Positions 1 through 9,961 of a stretch of 64,000 bases of DNA are shown piece after piece. Position numbers and translations under genes: made by a program. Numbering within the stretch: the stretch's first letter is position 1; every line of letters starts with the position of its first letter. The stretch covers positions 178,647-242,646 of IMG/VR virus record IMGVR_UViG_3300020477_001008; one strand, 5' to 3'. The notes under the pieces were generated by a model. That model did no database searches. It saw only the letters and a program-made list of their open reading frames with translations, and had not been told where the DNA came from.

Positions 1-2
1 AA

Positions 3-1412
3 ACAGCACCGTCGACACTTATTACACAAAAGATAGAACAGATAGATGAAAGACTAGTTCGTGAAAATGCTAAAGTAGAAAGATTTACATTAGATTTAGA
101 AAGATTAAACACAGGTACTAACGTAAGAATAGATACATTAGTAGATACAGAACAAGGCAAATTAGATTCAATTTATTCACGTATTGATAAAGAGATTGCT
201 GATATTACAGCAATTGCTAATACAAGTATTAATACGCAAAAAGAAAGAATAACTCAAGCTAAAGAAAGAGCTGATAGAGATATTGCACAATTAAATGAAG
301 CTAGAGCAAAAACTTGGGGTAAGAAAAGAATTGATGATGAAATAGCAAAGATTAGAGATAATGAATTAGCTGTGGCGGCCGCGGCACAAAAAGAAATAAT
401 AAAAATACAAGAAAAATTAAATGTTGATATACAAGCTATTAAAGACAAATATCAAGCTAGTATTGATGCTATTACAACCAATGTAACAAAGTTAACAGGC
501 GAAGCTGAAGCTACAACAGGTGAAATAGAAGTCAAAGCAGATGAACTTGAAGGAAAACTTACAGTTGTATATGCTAATATTGATGATTTAAATGAAGAAA
601 AATTTGTACTACAATCACAAATTAAAGAGATAGAAGTTGAAGTAGGACCAATAAAATACATAGCAGAATTTGTATATGGTATGGAAGCAGATGCTGATCT
701 ATTAGAAAAATCAGTTAGATGGGTTATTATTATAATTATATTTGTATTTGATCCACTTGCAGTATTATTATTGATTGCGGCAAACTTCTCTTTAAAAAGA
801 AGATTTGGTAGTGATATGGAAGAAATGGTTGAAGCCAAATTTGGTGGCGGAAAATTAGATGACTATTGGAAAGATAGATATCAAGATATGAAAGAAGATC
901 TTTCAAGATTTAATAAACAAAAAGAACACCAAGATACTACACAAGAAGAACATTCAGTTAGTGCCTCATATAATTTAGGTGAAGTTAATGTTGATAATAC
1001 TGATCAATCAGTTGAAGATTATTTAGATGAAGTACAATATGATATAGATCCTAAAGAATTTGAAGGTGTAGAAGAAAACGATTTAGGTCATCCAAATTAT
1101 GATTTAATTAAAGATGAAGAAACAGGTAAAAAGAAATATTGGGAAGACCAAAATAAAGAAGAACAGCTAGAAAGATTTAAACAGCGAGAAGAAGAAGAAA
1201 AACAAGCACTAGAAGAATATTCACGTAAAGCTAGGGAAGAAGATGGCTTTGATCCAGATGAAGTTGAAGGATATGAAGAATTTAATAAAAATTACGAGAA
1301 TAAAGAAGATGACGAATCAGTTAGTATTGCTGAAGATGAAGTAACGCCAACTATAATTGAAGATGTTAAGATTACAGATCTATCCGATGAGGATGTTAAA
1401 AAAAAGACTTAA
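3..1412 (+). CDS. Coiled-coil membrane protein (DUF4407-like phage protein), 5'-truncated by window edge
   Basis: Frame is open from base 3 (the ORF track starts it at GTG 372). Long heptad-like region, then GPIKYIAEFVYG...WVIIIIIFVFDPLAVLLLIAAN transmembrane segment and an acidic tail. Confidence 0.6.
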   Translation, partial: TAPSTLITQKIEQIDERLVRENAKVERFTLDLERLNTGTNVRIDTLVDTEQGKLDSIYSRIDKEIADITAIANTSINTQKERITQAKERADRDIAQLNEARAKTWGKKRIDDEIAKIRDNELAVAAAAQKEIIKIQEKLNVDIQAIKDKYQASIDAITTNVTKLTGEAEATTGEIEVKADELEGKLTVVYANIDDLNEEKFVLQSQIKEIEVEVGPIKYIAEFVYGMEADADLLEKSVRWVIIIIIFVFDPLAVLLLIAANFSLKRRFGSDMEEMVEAKFGGGKLDDYWKDRYQDMKEDLSRFNKQKEHQDTTQEEHSVSASYNLGEVNVDNTDQSVEDYLDEVQYDIDPKEFEGVEENDLGHPNYDLIKDEETGKKKYWEDQNKEEQLERFKQREEEEKQALEEYSRKAREEDGFDPDEVEGYEEFNKNYENKEDDESVSIAEDEVTPTIIEDVKITDLSDEDVKKKT

Positions 1413-1618
1413 AAACCAGGAAAGAGAGAATAAAAAAAATTGACATCAACGATGAAATTAGTGTACAATTAAAAGAAGTAAAAAAAACTATTGATATGGA
1501 AGGCATTAATCAAAGAACTCAAAAAACACTGGCACTCAATCACGGAGCAAAAGGTGAGACAGTAATATCCAAGGCTGACAAAGAATGGTTAGATCAGAAA
1601 TCAGATAATAATAAATGA
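1400..1618 (+). other. A_AAA_AAG slippery heptamer (1400-1406) and 70-codon -1 frame extension ending at TGA overlapping the clpX ATG
   Basis: 0 frame GTT AAA AAA AAG ACT TAA. The -1 frame has a stop just before the A-run, then is open 1406-1615 (DLKTRKERIKKIDIND...DQKSDNNK) and ends in an ATGA overlap. Confidence 0.55.
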
Positions 1619-2907
1619 GCGATAAAGAGATTAAAATGAAATGCTCGTTCTGTGAAAAGACTAGAGCCGAATCACATAAATTAATAGCAGGACCTAAAGA
1701 AACATTTATTTGCGATGAATGTGTAAAACTTTGCCACGATATTTTAAAAGAAGGAACAATTGAAAACGAAACAAAAGAGTTTGCTATTCCTGATCCAAAA
1801 AAATTACACGGATATTTAAATGAACACGTAATTGGTCAAGATAGAGCAAAGAAAATTGTTAGTGTAGCAGTTTATAACCATTATAAAAGAATTGTTAATA
1901 ATTTAATTAAAGAAGATGGGCAAGACGAAATTGAAAAATCTAATGTTATGATGTTAGGACCATCAGGTGTTGGAAAAACACTTTTAGCTAAAAAGGTTGC
2001 TGAATACGTAAATGTACCATTTGCTATTGCTGATGCAACAACAATAACAGAATCAGGTTATGTAGGTGATGACGTAGAGAATATTGTAACAAGATTATTG
2101 CAACAAGCAGACTTTAATGTTGAAAAAGCTGAACGTGGAATTATATACATTGATGAAATAGATAAAAAAGCAAAAAAAGGTGAGAACGTATCAATTACTA
2201 GAGATGTATCTGGTGAAGGTGTACAACAAGCTTTATTAAAAATTATTGAAGGAACAACTGTTAGAGTTCCGCCACAAGGTGGAAGAAAACATCCTGGTGC
2301 AGAAATGATTGAAGTTGATACATCAAATATATTGTTTATAGTTGGTGGAGCATTTGTTGGTATAGATAAAGTTATTAATAAAAGGGCTAATAAGTCAGCA
2401 GGTATTGGATTTAATCAACGAGTAGAAACTGTTGATACAGGATTTGATGAATGCGAACCAGATGATTTAATTAAGTATGGATTAATACCTGAACTTGTTG
2501 GAAGGTTACCAGTTATAGTAGGTTGTCATAATTTAGATAAAAAAGATTTAAAAGCAATTATGCTTGATGTAAAAAATTCATTGATTAAACAATCTCAACG
2601 TTTATTTAAAATGGAAAATGTAAATTTAATTATAACTGAAGATGCAGTAGATTATGTAGTAGATGAAGCACACGAAAAGAAATTAGGTGCTAGAGGATTA
2701 AAATCTGTGTTAGAAAAAGGTTTATTAGAAATACAATATGACTTACCAGAATACAGAGATGGTGGAGTTAGTGAAATTACAGTTACAGAAAAAACGCTCA
2801 AAGGAGAAAAACCGATGCTCACTTATGAGTTTGATGCTAAAGATATAAAAGCTAAAGAAACAAAAAAAGGGAAAAAGGAAGATAACGGTACAACAGGAAA
2901 AGAATGA
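1615..2907 (+). CDS. clpX: ATP-dependent Clp protease ATP-binding subunit ClpX
   Basis: CSFC...CDEC zinc domain, Walker [34 protein letters not shown] loop, GARGL. Confidence 0.97.
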   Translation: MSDKEIKMKCSFCEKTRAESHKLIAGPKETFICDECVKLCHDILKEGTIENETKEFAIPDPKKLHGYLNEHVIGQDRAKKIVSVAVYNHYKRIVNNLIKEDGQDEIEKSNVMMLGPSGVGKTLLAKKVAEYVNVPFAIADATTITESGYVGDDVENIVTRLLQQADFNVEKAERGIIYIDEIDKKAKKGENVSITRDVSGEGVQQALLKIIEGTTVRVPPQGGRKHPGAEMIEVDTSNILFIVGGAFVGIDKVINKRANKSAGIGFNQRVETVDTGFDECEPDDLIKYGLIPELVGRLPVIVGCHNLDKKDLKAIMLDVKNSLIKQSQRLFKMENVNLIITEDAVDYVVDEAHEKKLGARGLKSVLEKGLLEIQYDLPEYRDGGVSEITVTEKTLKGEKPMLTYEFDAKDIKAKETKKGKKEDNGTTGKE

Positions 2908-3458
2908 AACAAAGATATAGTAATTACGAGTATCAAAAAAAGAAAGCATTAATTAACGAGAATATTAGAAGTAAAGAAGTTCGTTTAATATTAGAATCAT
3001 CACAAGAAATAGTAACTACACAAGAAGCATTAAGATTATCTAGAGAGCAAGATTTAGATCTAGTTTGTGTTAGCACAAAATCAAATCCACCTATATGTAA
3101 AATTATGGATTATGGGAAACATCTATATGAACAAAAAAAGAAACAAAAAATTGCTGATAAAAAACAAAGAGAAGCTATTGTGGATACAAAAGAAATCCAG
3201 TTTAGACCAGCAACTGGAATTGGAGATCTTAAAGTAAAAGCTAAAAAGGTACAAGAGTTTATAGATGATGGAGATAAGGTAAAATTAGTAATGAAATTGC
3301 GTGGCAGGGAAAATGCTATGAAGGATTTTGCTATGGAACAATTCAAAAAATTTGTTGATTTAATTGAGAATTATGACTACGATTATAGGCCAAATATACA
3401 GGGAAATAAAATACTTGCAATTTTAAAGAAAGGTGTTATAATAAAGAACAATGAGTGA
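2904..3458 (+). CDS. infC: Translation initiation factor IF-3
   Basis: [60 protein letters not shown]. Confidence 0.95.
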   Translation: MKQRYSNYEYQKKKALINENIRSKEVRLILESSQEIVTTQEALRLSREQDLDLVCVSTKSNPPICKIMDYGKHLYEQKKKQKIADKKQREAIVDTKEIQFRPATGIGDLKVKAKKVQEFIDDGDKVKLVMKLRGRENAMKDFAMEQFKKFVDLIENYDYDYRPNIQGNKILAILKKGVIIKNNE

Positions 3459-3807
3459 TAAACCAAGGAAAAAATACGACATCAAAAATTTCTCTAATTT
3501 TGGGAAATTTGAGCAAAAGCGAGATCGAAGACCAAGACGTGAGCCAGATCCACCTGGTTTAGCAGTTACAGTTCACGGCGACGATGTAATGAAAGCTTAT
3601 AGAAGGCTTAAAAAGAAACTAATGAAAGATAACCTTATGGATACAATAAGGGATAAAAGATATTACAAAAAGCCAAGTGAAATTAGACAAGAAAAATTAA
3701 AAGTGCAAAGAAGGAATATGCAAAAAGCTCAAAGAGATAGAGCTATGCAATATGGTATAAGATATAAAAACTATGATCCTAGCACAGCCAAAACACGTGG
3801 CTATTAA
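3451..3807 (+). CDS. rpsU: Ribosomal protein bS21 with N-terminal extension
   Basis: VTVHGDDVMKAYRRLKKKL...RDKRYYKKPSEIRQEK matches the bS21 core. Confidence 0.85.
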   Translation: MSDKPRKKYDIKNFSNFGKFEQKRDRRPRREPDPPGLAVTVHGDDVMKAYRRLKKKLMKDNLMDTIRDKRYYKKPSEIRQEKLKVQRRNMQKAQRDRAMQYGIRYKNYDPSTAKTRGY

Positions 3808-4133
3808 TGTTCGACCAAATAAAGTTTCATCAGCACCCCACAGAGAATAAAGGCAAACAAGCTATAATAGATTTTGTAGATTACAAAATGAGTATAGTAT
3901 GCTCACCTACATCTTATGGTGGAGATAAAGGTTTGTTTGAAATTGCAGTATTTGATAAAGCTGGAGAGTTTGTTGATTTAAAAGGTATTAGTGATAAAGA
4001 TGATCAAGTACACGGTTGGTTAAGAGAAGATGAAGTTGTATTAGTAATAGAAAAATTGTGTGAAATAACAGATATGGATGTTAGATTAGTTTTATTGCGT
4101 TCAGCATTTAGGGAGAACAAAAATGATAGATGA
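3807..4133 (+). CDS. Hypothetical phage protein
   Basis: Coupled ORF; SYGGDKGLFEIAVFD resembles a motif I recall from phage hypothetical proteins. Confidence 0.65.
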   Translation: MFDQIKFHQHPTENKGKQAIIDFVDYKMSIVCSPTSYGGDKGLFEIAVFDKAGEFVDLKGISDKDDQVHGWLREDEVVLVIEKLCEITDMDVRLVLLRSAFRENKNDR

Positions 4134-4275
4134 ACTTGTAGAACAAATAGCTAGAATGAACAAAGACGAAAGAAATGAATTTGTTGAAACTCTAGTTAAA
4201 AAATGGCCTGATTTATCAGAGTCAATTTATTTTTTATTAAATGTAAATTTAATGGAGAAGGAGAACATTAAATAG
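4123..4275 (+). CDS. Small hypothetical protein (50 aa; below ORF-track cutoff)
   Basis: ATG 4123 with GGGAG upstream; MIDELVEQIARMNKDERNEFVETLVKKWPDL...; TAG 4273-4275; fills the gap before the tRNAs. Confidence 0.6.
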   Translation: MIDELVEQIARMNKDERNEFVETLVKKWPDLSESIYFLLNVNLMEKENIK

Positions 4276-4288
4276 ATGTTTAATTCAA

Positions 4289-4364
4289 GGGCGGTTAGCT
4301 CAGTTGGTAGAGCATCTCGTTTACACCGAGGGGGTCAAAGGTTCGAGTCCTTTACTGCCCACCA
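4289..4364 (+). tRNA. tRNA-Val (TAC)
   Basis: Cloverleaf GGGCGGT/ACTGCCC, anticodon loop TT TAC AC, TTCGAGT, encoded CCA. Confidence 0.97.
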
Positions 4365-4368
4365 TTAC

Positions 4369-4444
4369 GGAGTATTAGTGTAGCGGTTAACACGTCGCCC
4401 TGTCACGGCGAAGACCACGGGTTCGAATCCCGTATACTCCGCCA
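4369..4444 (+). tRNA. tRNA-Asp (GTC)
   Basis: GGAGTAT/ATACTCC acceptor stem, TCGCC CT GTC AC GGCGA, TTCGAAT, CCA. Confidence 0.97.
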
Positions 4445-4450
4445 TCAACA

Positions 4451-4457
4451 ATAAATA
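4451..4457 (+). promoter_or_regulatory. T4-like late promoter box ATAAATA, 5 nt before sufS ATG
   Basis: One of at least 9 TAAATA-N5/N8-ATG instances in the window. Confidence 0.55.
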
Positions 4458-4462
4458 TTATT

Positions 4463-5668
4463 ATGCACAATATTCGAAAACAATTTCCCATATTTGATAA
4501 AACATTACCTAACGGTAAAAAATTAGTATATTTAGATAGTGCTAATTCTTCACAAAAACCGAAAAGGGTATTAGATAGATTATATGATTTTTATGCACAA
4601 GAATATAGTAGTGTTGGGAGAAGTATACACCAGTTAAGTACAGGTGCAAGTAAATGTTTAAATGATAGTAGAGAAGCAGTTGCAAAATTTTTAAATGCTG
4701 GTTCTGTAGATGAAATTGTTTTTACTAAAAGTGCCACAGAAGCTATTAATACGATTGCAGAAAGTTTTGGCAGAACTCAACGTGATCATTATGAAATAAT
4801 TTGTTCTGAATTAGAACATAATTCAAATTATCTTCCTTGGCATTTGCAAAGAGCTCATAAAAATGCAACAATTAAATTTATTCCTTTAAAAGATGATTAT
4901 ACATTAGATGTAGATAAGCTAGAAAGTTTAATTACTAAAAAAACTAAAATGATAGCAATAACTCATTTATCAAATGTTACTGGAGAAGTAATTAATGTTA
5001 AAAAAATATGTGAGATAGCACACAGTAAAGGAATAGCAGTTTTTGTAGATGGTACACAAGGTGCACCACATATGAAAGTTGATGTACAAGATATTGATTG
5101 TGATTTTTATTGTATTAGTGGTCATAAAATGTACGGACCTTCAGGCGTTGGGGCTTTGTACGCCAAAGAAAAATGGTTAGATGAATTATCGCCTTTTCAA
5201 GGTGGTGGTGGAACGGTACTTGATGCAACGCAAAGTGTTATTCAATATGCAGATGGACCAAAAAAATGGGAAGCTGGAACACACCCAGTTGCTGAAATTG
5301 TAGCATTAAAAGAAGCAATTGATTTTTATTATGATGTTGGATTTGATAATATGTTAAATCACGAAAAACAATTAGTTGAGTATTTGTATGAAAAATTAGC
5401 ATCTGATAATGATATTGAGTTACTATGTGGTAATAAGCCTAATGCTGTTTTATCATTTAATATTAAAGGAATACATCACGAAGATATGTCAATGTTTTTA
5501 GATGAATATGGTATTGCTACAAGACCAGGTCAACATTGTGCTATGTTATTCCATAAAAGGTACAGTTTAACTGGTTCTGTTAGAGTATCATTAGGTGTAT
5601 ATAATACCAAAGAAGAAATGGACTTTTTCTTACAGTCTTTGGGTGAAATTAAGAAGAGATTATCCTAA
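4463..5668 (+). CDS. sufS: Cysteine desulfurase, SufS type
   Basis: YLDSANSSQKP, DGTQG, SGHKMYGP (PLP Lys), EAGT, RPGQHCA (catalytic Cys). Confidence 0.93.
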   Translation: MHNIRKQFPIFDKTLPNGKKLVYLDSANSSQKPKRVLDRLYDFYAQEYSSVGRSIHQLSTGASKCLNDSREAVAKFLNAGSVDEIVFTKSATEAINTIAESFGRTQRDHYEIICSELEHNSNYLPWHLQRAHKNATIKFIPLKDDYTLDVDKLESLITKKTKMIAITHLSNVTGEVINVKKICEIAHSKGIAVFVDGTQGAPHMKVDVQDIDCDFYCISGHKMYGPSGVGALYAKEKWLDELSPFQGGGGTVLDATQSVIQYADGPKKWEAGTHPVAEIVALKEAIDFYYDVGFDNMLNHEKQLVEYLYEKLASDNDIELLCGNKPNAVLSFNIKGIHHEDMSMFLDEYGIATRPGQHCAMLFHKRYSLTGSVRVSLGVYNTKEEMDFFLQSLGEIKKRLS

Positions 5669-5673
5669 TCCTA

Positions 5674-5702
5674 TTGACTTCCTGATAAGTATTTTATATA
5701 AT
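5674..5702 (+). promoter_or_regulatory. Sigma70-type promoter
   Basis: TTGACT-N17-TATAAT upstream of rplL. Confidence 0.75.
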
Positions 5703-5739
5703 ACTGATGTACAATTAAATATAATTAATAAGGAAAACT

Positions 5740-6210
5740 ATGTCAGAAGATGAAGTAAAAAAAGCTGAAGAAACAAAGGCAGAAGAAAAGCCAGTAGAAC
5801 CAAAAGCTGAAGAAACATCTAAAACTATTACAAGAAATTTAGATGCTATTGTTGAAGAACTTGGACAATTAACAGTTATGGAAGCGGCCGATCTTGCTAA
5901 AAAATTAGCTAAAGCTTGGGATATTGATTTAGATAATATGGCGGCCGGTGTTGCACCAGCAGGTGGTGGCGCCGCGGGAGCTCCAGCAGACGCAGATGCT
6001 CCTGTAACAGTTATATTAAAAGATTTTAAAGAAGGTACTAAAATTAATGTCTTAAAAGCAATTAAGGCAATTAAAGGTTTAGGACTAATGGAATCTAAAC
6101 AATTTGTAGAAGCATTACCTAAAGAAGTTGATTCAGAAATACCAAGAGATAAAGCAGAAGAAATTAAAAAACAATTGGAAGAAGTTGGCGGTAACGTTGA
6201 AATAAAATAA
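5740..6210 (+). CDS. rplL: Ribosomal protein bL12 (L7/L12), divergent, with acidic N-terminal extension
   Basis: [20 protein letters not shown], Ala/Gly hinge, [41 protein letters not shown]. Confidence 0.9.
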   Translation: MSEDEVKKAEETKAEEKPVEPKAEETSKTITRNLDAIVEELGQLTVMEAADLAKKLAKAWDIDLDNMAAGVAPAGGGAAGAPADADAPVTVILKDFKEGTKINVLKAIKAIKGLGLMESKQFVEALPKEVDSEIPRDKAEEIKKQLEEVGGNVEIK

Positions 6211-7634
6211 TGTTAGATGAGCATAAGGTAGGAAAAGATTATAAAGAAGGCTTTACTACGGACATTGAAGCCTATACACTACCCCCTGGTCTAAATGAAG
6301 ACGTTATTAAAAAGATATCAAGTTTTAAAAAAGAACCACAATGGCTTTTAGACTGGAGACTAAAAGCTTATAAGGTTTGGCTGAATATGAAACAGCCTGA
6401 GTGGGCAAAGTTAGATATTAAGCCAATTGACTATCAAGCAATATCATATTATTCAACACCTAATCCTAAATTAAAATCTTTAGATGAATTAGATCCTAAA
6501 ATTTTAGAAACATATAATAAGTTAGGTATTCCATTACACGAACAAAAAGCATTAGCAGGTGTGGCCGTTGATGCAGTATTTGATTCTGTATCTGTAGCTA
6601 CAACGTACAAAGCAGATTTAGAAAAACAAGGTATACTTTTTTGTAGCTTTAGTGAAGCAGTAGAAAAATATCCAGAAATAGTTAAAAAATATTTAGGTAG
6701 TGTAGTACCACAAGGTGATAATTTTTTTGCTTGTTTAAATTCAGCTGTATTTACAGATGGTTCATTTGCTTATATTCCTAAAGGAGTTAGATGTCCTATG
6801 GAACTATCAACTTATTTTAGAATAAATGCGGCCAACACAGGACAATTTGAAAGAACATTAATTATATGTGAAGATGATGCATACGTATCTTATCTAGAAG
6901 GATGTACAGCACCAATGCGTGATGAAAATCAATTACACGCCGCGGTAGTTGAATTAGTAGCAAAAGAAAATGCAGAGATAAAATATTCAACAATACAAAA
7001 TTGGTATCCAGGAGATGAAGATGGAAAAGGTGGTGTATATAATTTTGTAACTAAACGTGGTAAATGTCAAGGACGTAAAAGTAAAATATCTTGGACACAA
7101 TTAGAAACAGGTTCAGCATTAACTTGGAAGTATCCTTCTTGTGTATTAATGGGAGATTATTCAGTAGGAGAGTTTTATTCAGTAGCAGTATCAACAGGTA
7201 AACAACAAGCTGATACAGGAACTAAAATGATACATTTAGGAAAACATACAAAATCAACAGTTATATCAAAAGGTATTTCAGCAAAACAAGGAAAGCAAAC
7301 TTATAGAGGATTAGTATCAATGGGTGGTAATGCTAAAAAATCACAAAACTATACTCAATGTGATTCGTTGCTTCTTGGAGATAAGTGTTCAGCACTTACT
7401 ATACCTTATATTAAAAGTAAAACAAAATCTTCTAAATGCGAACACGAAGCGTCAACATCAAAAGTATCTGATGAACAATTATTTTATTTAAGACAACGTG
7501 GACTTAAAGAAGAAGATGCTGTGAACTTAATTGTAAATGGTTTTGTAAAAGAAGTAACTAAACAGTTACCAATGGAGTTTGCAGTTGAGGCCAATAAACT
7601 TTTATCAGTAACATTAGAAGGATCAGTAGGATAA
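6210..7634 (+). CDS. sufB: Fe-S cluster assembly scaffold SufB
   Basis: [62 protein letters not shown]. Confidence 0.97.
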   Translation: MLDEHKVGKDYKEGFTTDIEAYTLPPGLNEDVIKKISSFKKEPQWLLDWRLKAYKVWLNMKQPEWAKLDIKPIDYQAISYYSTPNPKLKSLDELDPKILETYNKLGIPLHEQKALAGVAVDAVFDSVSVATTYKADLEKQGILFCSFSEAVEKYPEIVKKYLGSVVPQGDNFFACLNSAVFTDGSFAYIPKGVRCPMELSTYFRINAANTGQFERTLIICEDDAYVSYLEGCTAPMRDENQLHAAVVELVAKENAEIKYSTIQNWYPGDEDGKGGVYNFVTKRGKCQGRKSKISWTQLETGSALTWKYPSCVLMGDYSVGEFYSVAVSTGKQQADTGTKMIHLGKHTKSTVISKGISAKQGKQTYRGLVSMGGNAKKSQNYTQCDSLLLGDKCSALTIPYIKSKTKSSKCEHEASTSKVSDEQLFYLRQRGLKEEDAVNLIVNGFVKEVTKQLPMEFAVEANKLLSVTLEGSVG

Positions 7635-7855
7635 TGATAGATAAATTAGATTTAAGAACGTTGCAAAAAGAATCAGCAAGAGCATTAATAGTAATGCAAA
7701 ATGCTGACAATTTATCTTTATCTGAAATAAATCAAAAAGTTAGTCACGACTCAACTATATTTTATAAAAAAGTTTTAGAAAAATATGTAGAACTGTTTGG
7801 TGACTTACCAAGTAAAACAACAGAAGGACAAAAAATAAATTTAATAATGGAGTAG
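7634..7855 (+). CDS. Hypothetical protein
   Basis: Translationally coupled 73 aa ORF. Confidence 0.65.
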   Translation: MIDKLDLRTLQKESARALIVMQNADNLSLSEINQKVSHDSTIFYKKVLEKYVELFGDLPSKTTEGQKINLIME

Positions 7856-7859
7856 TTTT

Positions 7860-9230
7860 ATGAAAGTAGACAAATATATTAAAGTAATTGATGAGTCAAT
7901 TGAAGCACAGAAAAAATGGAGAACTGTTCCTGCACCTGTACGTGGTGAGGCAATTAGAAAGTTTGGAAATAAATTAAGAGAAAATTTAGTATCAGTTGGA
8001 AAAGGTGTTACTAGAGAAAGTAAAAAAATATTAGTAGAAGGTATAGGTGAAGTACAAGAAGTAATTGATATGTGTGATTTTGCAGTTGGGCTATCAAGAC
8101 AACTATATGGAAAAACAATGCCTTCTGAAAGACAGGATCATAGACTACAAGAAATTTGGAATCCTATTGGAGTAGTTGGTGTAATTACAGCTTTTAATTT
8201 TCCTGTTGCACCTTGGGGTTGGAATTTTTGTTTAGCAATTGTATGTGGTAATAGTGTTATTTGGAAACCATCTCCAAAAACAATGGAAGTATCTCATTTA
8301 TGTAAAAAGATTTGGGACGAAACTGTAGAAACTGATGATGAACGTAAACTTTTAGAAATTATAGATGGTGATGTAACTGAATCACGTTGGATGGCACAAG
8401 ACAAAAGGATTAATTTATTAAGTGCTACAGGTTCTTGTGAAATGGGTAAAGCATTAGCACCATTAGTATCAGAAAGAATGGGTAAAGGATTATATGAATT
8501 AGGTGGAAATAATGCAATGGTTGTGTCTAAACACGCAAATTTAGATTTGGCAGTAAGAGCTATTGTTTTTAGTGCAGTAGGAACTTGTGGACAAAGATGT
8601 ACAACATTAAGAAGATTAATAGTACACGAGTCTAAATATGATGAATTATTGGAAAGATTAACAAAATCATATGCAAGTTTACCTATAGGAAATCCAATAA
8701 AAAGAGAAAATTTAGTAGGTCCATTAATAAATCAACAAGCATTAGATAAAATGCAAGGTGTATTAAAAGAATGTAAAGAAAAAGGATATACAATACACGG
8801 CGGAGAACCATTAGCAGATCTTGGAGAAGGCTTTGTTAAACCTGCTATTGTTGAAGTACCAGAACAATGCGATATTGTAAGAACAGAAACATTTGCTCCT
8901 ATTTTGTATACTATGAAATATAATGAGCTAGATGAAGCAATAGCAATACAAAATGATGTAGATCAAGGATTAAGTTCTTGTATATTTACAGACAATATTC
9001 AAGAAGCTGAAACATTTATTTCTGCACAAGGTTCAGATTGTGGAATAGTAAATATTAACATAGGACCATCAGGTGCAGAGATTGGTGGAGCATTTGGTGG
9101 AGAAAAAGATACAGGCGGCGGAAGAGAATCAGGCTCTGATGCTTGGAAACAGTATATGAAAAGAACTACTGTTACAACAAACTATGGTAAAGACCTACCA
9201 TTAGCACAAGGAATAACATTCGATGCCTAA
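7860..9230 (+). CDS. Aldehyde dehydrogenase, ALDH7 / piperideine-6-carboxylate dehydrogenase family
   Basis: VPAPVRGE, ITAFNFPVA, WKPS, ATGS, ELGGNNA, GQRCT (catalytic Cys), ETFAP, GAEIGGAFGGEKDTGGGRESGSDAWKQY. Confidence 0.92.
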   Translation: MKVDKYIKVIDESIEAQKKWRTVPAPVRGEAIRKFGNKLRENLVSVGKGVTRESKKILVEGIGEVQEVIDMCDFAVGLSRQLYGKTMPSERQDHRLQEIWNPIGVVGVITAFNFPVAPWGWNFCLAIVCGNSVIWKPSPKTMEVSHLCKKIWDETVETDDERKLLEIIDGDVTESRWMAQDKRINLLSATGSCEMGKALAPLVSERMGKGLYELGGNNAMVVSKHANLDLAVRAIVFSAVGTCGQRCTTLRRLIVHESKYDELLERLTKSYASLPIGNPIKRENLVGPLINQQALDKMQGVLKECKEKGYTIHGGEPLADLGEGFVKPAIVEVPEQCDIVRTETFAPILYTMKYNELDEAIAIQNDVDQGLSSCIFTDNIQEAETFISAQGSDCGIVNINIGPSGAEIGGAFGGEKDTGGGRESGSDAWKQYMKRTTVTTNYGKDLPLAQGITFDA

Positions 9231-9813
9231 AGGCTTTTATAAAGATCCAGACTTAAATTTTGATATTAAGAAAATGCAATCAGCATTAAAAGAAGTTGAT
9301 TCAAGAGTAGCAAGACAATCTCCGTTAGGTGAAAGAGATATTAATGCAATTTGTTTAACACAGGTGCCAGGAGATCCAAATTCAATTACTGGCGGTAATG
9401 TTAGAGGATTGTTTTGGACTAAACCAGATAGTACATACGAAGAAGTTCAAAGAGAAGAACCAATTGATGAAACAAAGTATTCAGAATTTGTAAAACTATT
9501 CGAAGACACTTATTTTAAAGATGTGTATGATAGTATATGTAACAAATATAAAATTGGTAGAATTAGATTGTTATGGAAATTACCTCGTACAACTTTAAGT
9601 TGGCATAGAGATCCTGAACCAAGATTACATATTCCTATAGTTACAAACTATGGTGCTCGTATGTGTATTGATGATGTAGTTCATCATATGCCTGCAGATG
9701 GATCAACTTGGATTACTGATAATACAAAATATCATAATGCATTTAATGGTGGAGAAGAAGATAGAGTACATTTAGTTGCCACTGTTTTAGACTTTGATTT
9801 AGCTAAATTCTAA
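9223..9813 (+). CDS. Aspartyl/asparaginyl beta-hydroxylase-like Fe(II)/2OG cupin
   Basis: LSWHRDPEPRLHIPIVTN...HNAFNGGEEDRVHLV (HxD...H facial triad, basic Arg). Confidence 0.7.
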   Translation: MPKGFYKDPDLNFDIKKMQSALKEVDSRVARQSPLGERDINAICLTQVPGDPNSITGGNVRGLFWTKPDSTYEEVQREEPIDETKYSEFVKLFEDTYFKDVYDSICNKYKIGRIRLLWKLPRTTLSWHRDPEPRLHIPIVTNYGARMCIDDVVHHMPADGSTWITDNTKYHNAFNGGEEDRVHLVATVLDFDLAKF

Positions 9814-9863
9814 CATTTTTTATTTCATCCTCAACAATAACTTACACAACCTACAATATATGC

Positions 9864-9892
9864 TTGACAAAATACAACTTATACACTATATT
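9864..9892 (+). promoter_or_regulatory. Sigma70-type promoter for porin
   Basis: TTGACA-N17-TATATT. Confidence 0.7.
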
Positions 9893-9899
9893 GTATCTT

Positions 9900-9949
9900 G
9901 AGTATGAAAAAAATACATACTCTATTTTTAATGTTCCAATGAAGGAACA
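9900..9949 (+). promoter_or_regulatory. Two-hairpin 5' UTR of the porin gene
   Basis: GAGTATG/CATACTC (9900-9922) and TGTTCC/GGAACA (9932-9949), followed by GGAGG at 9955. Confidence 0.5.
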
Positions 9950-9961
9950 ATTAAGGAGGAA

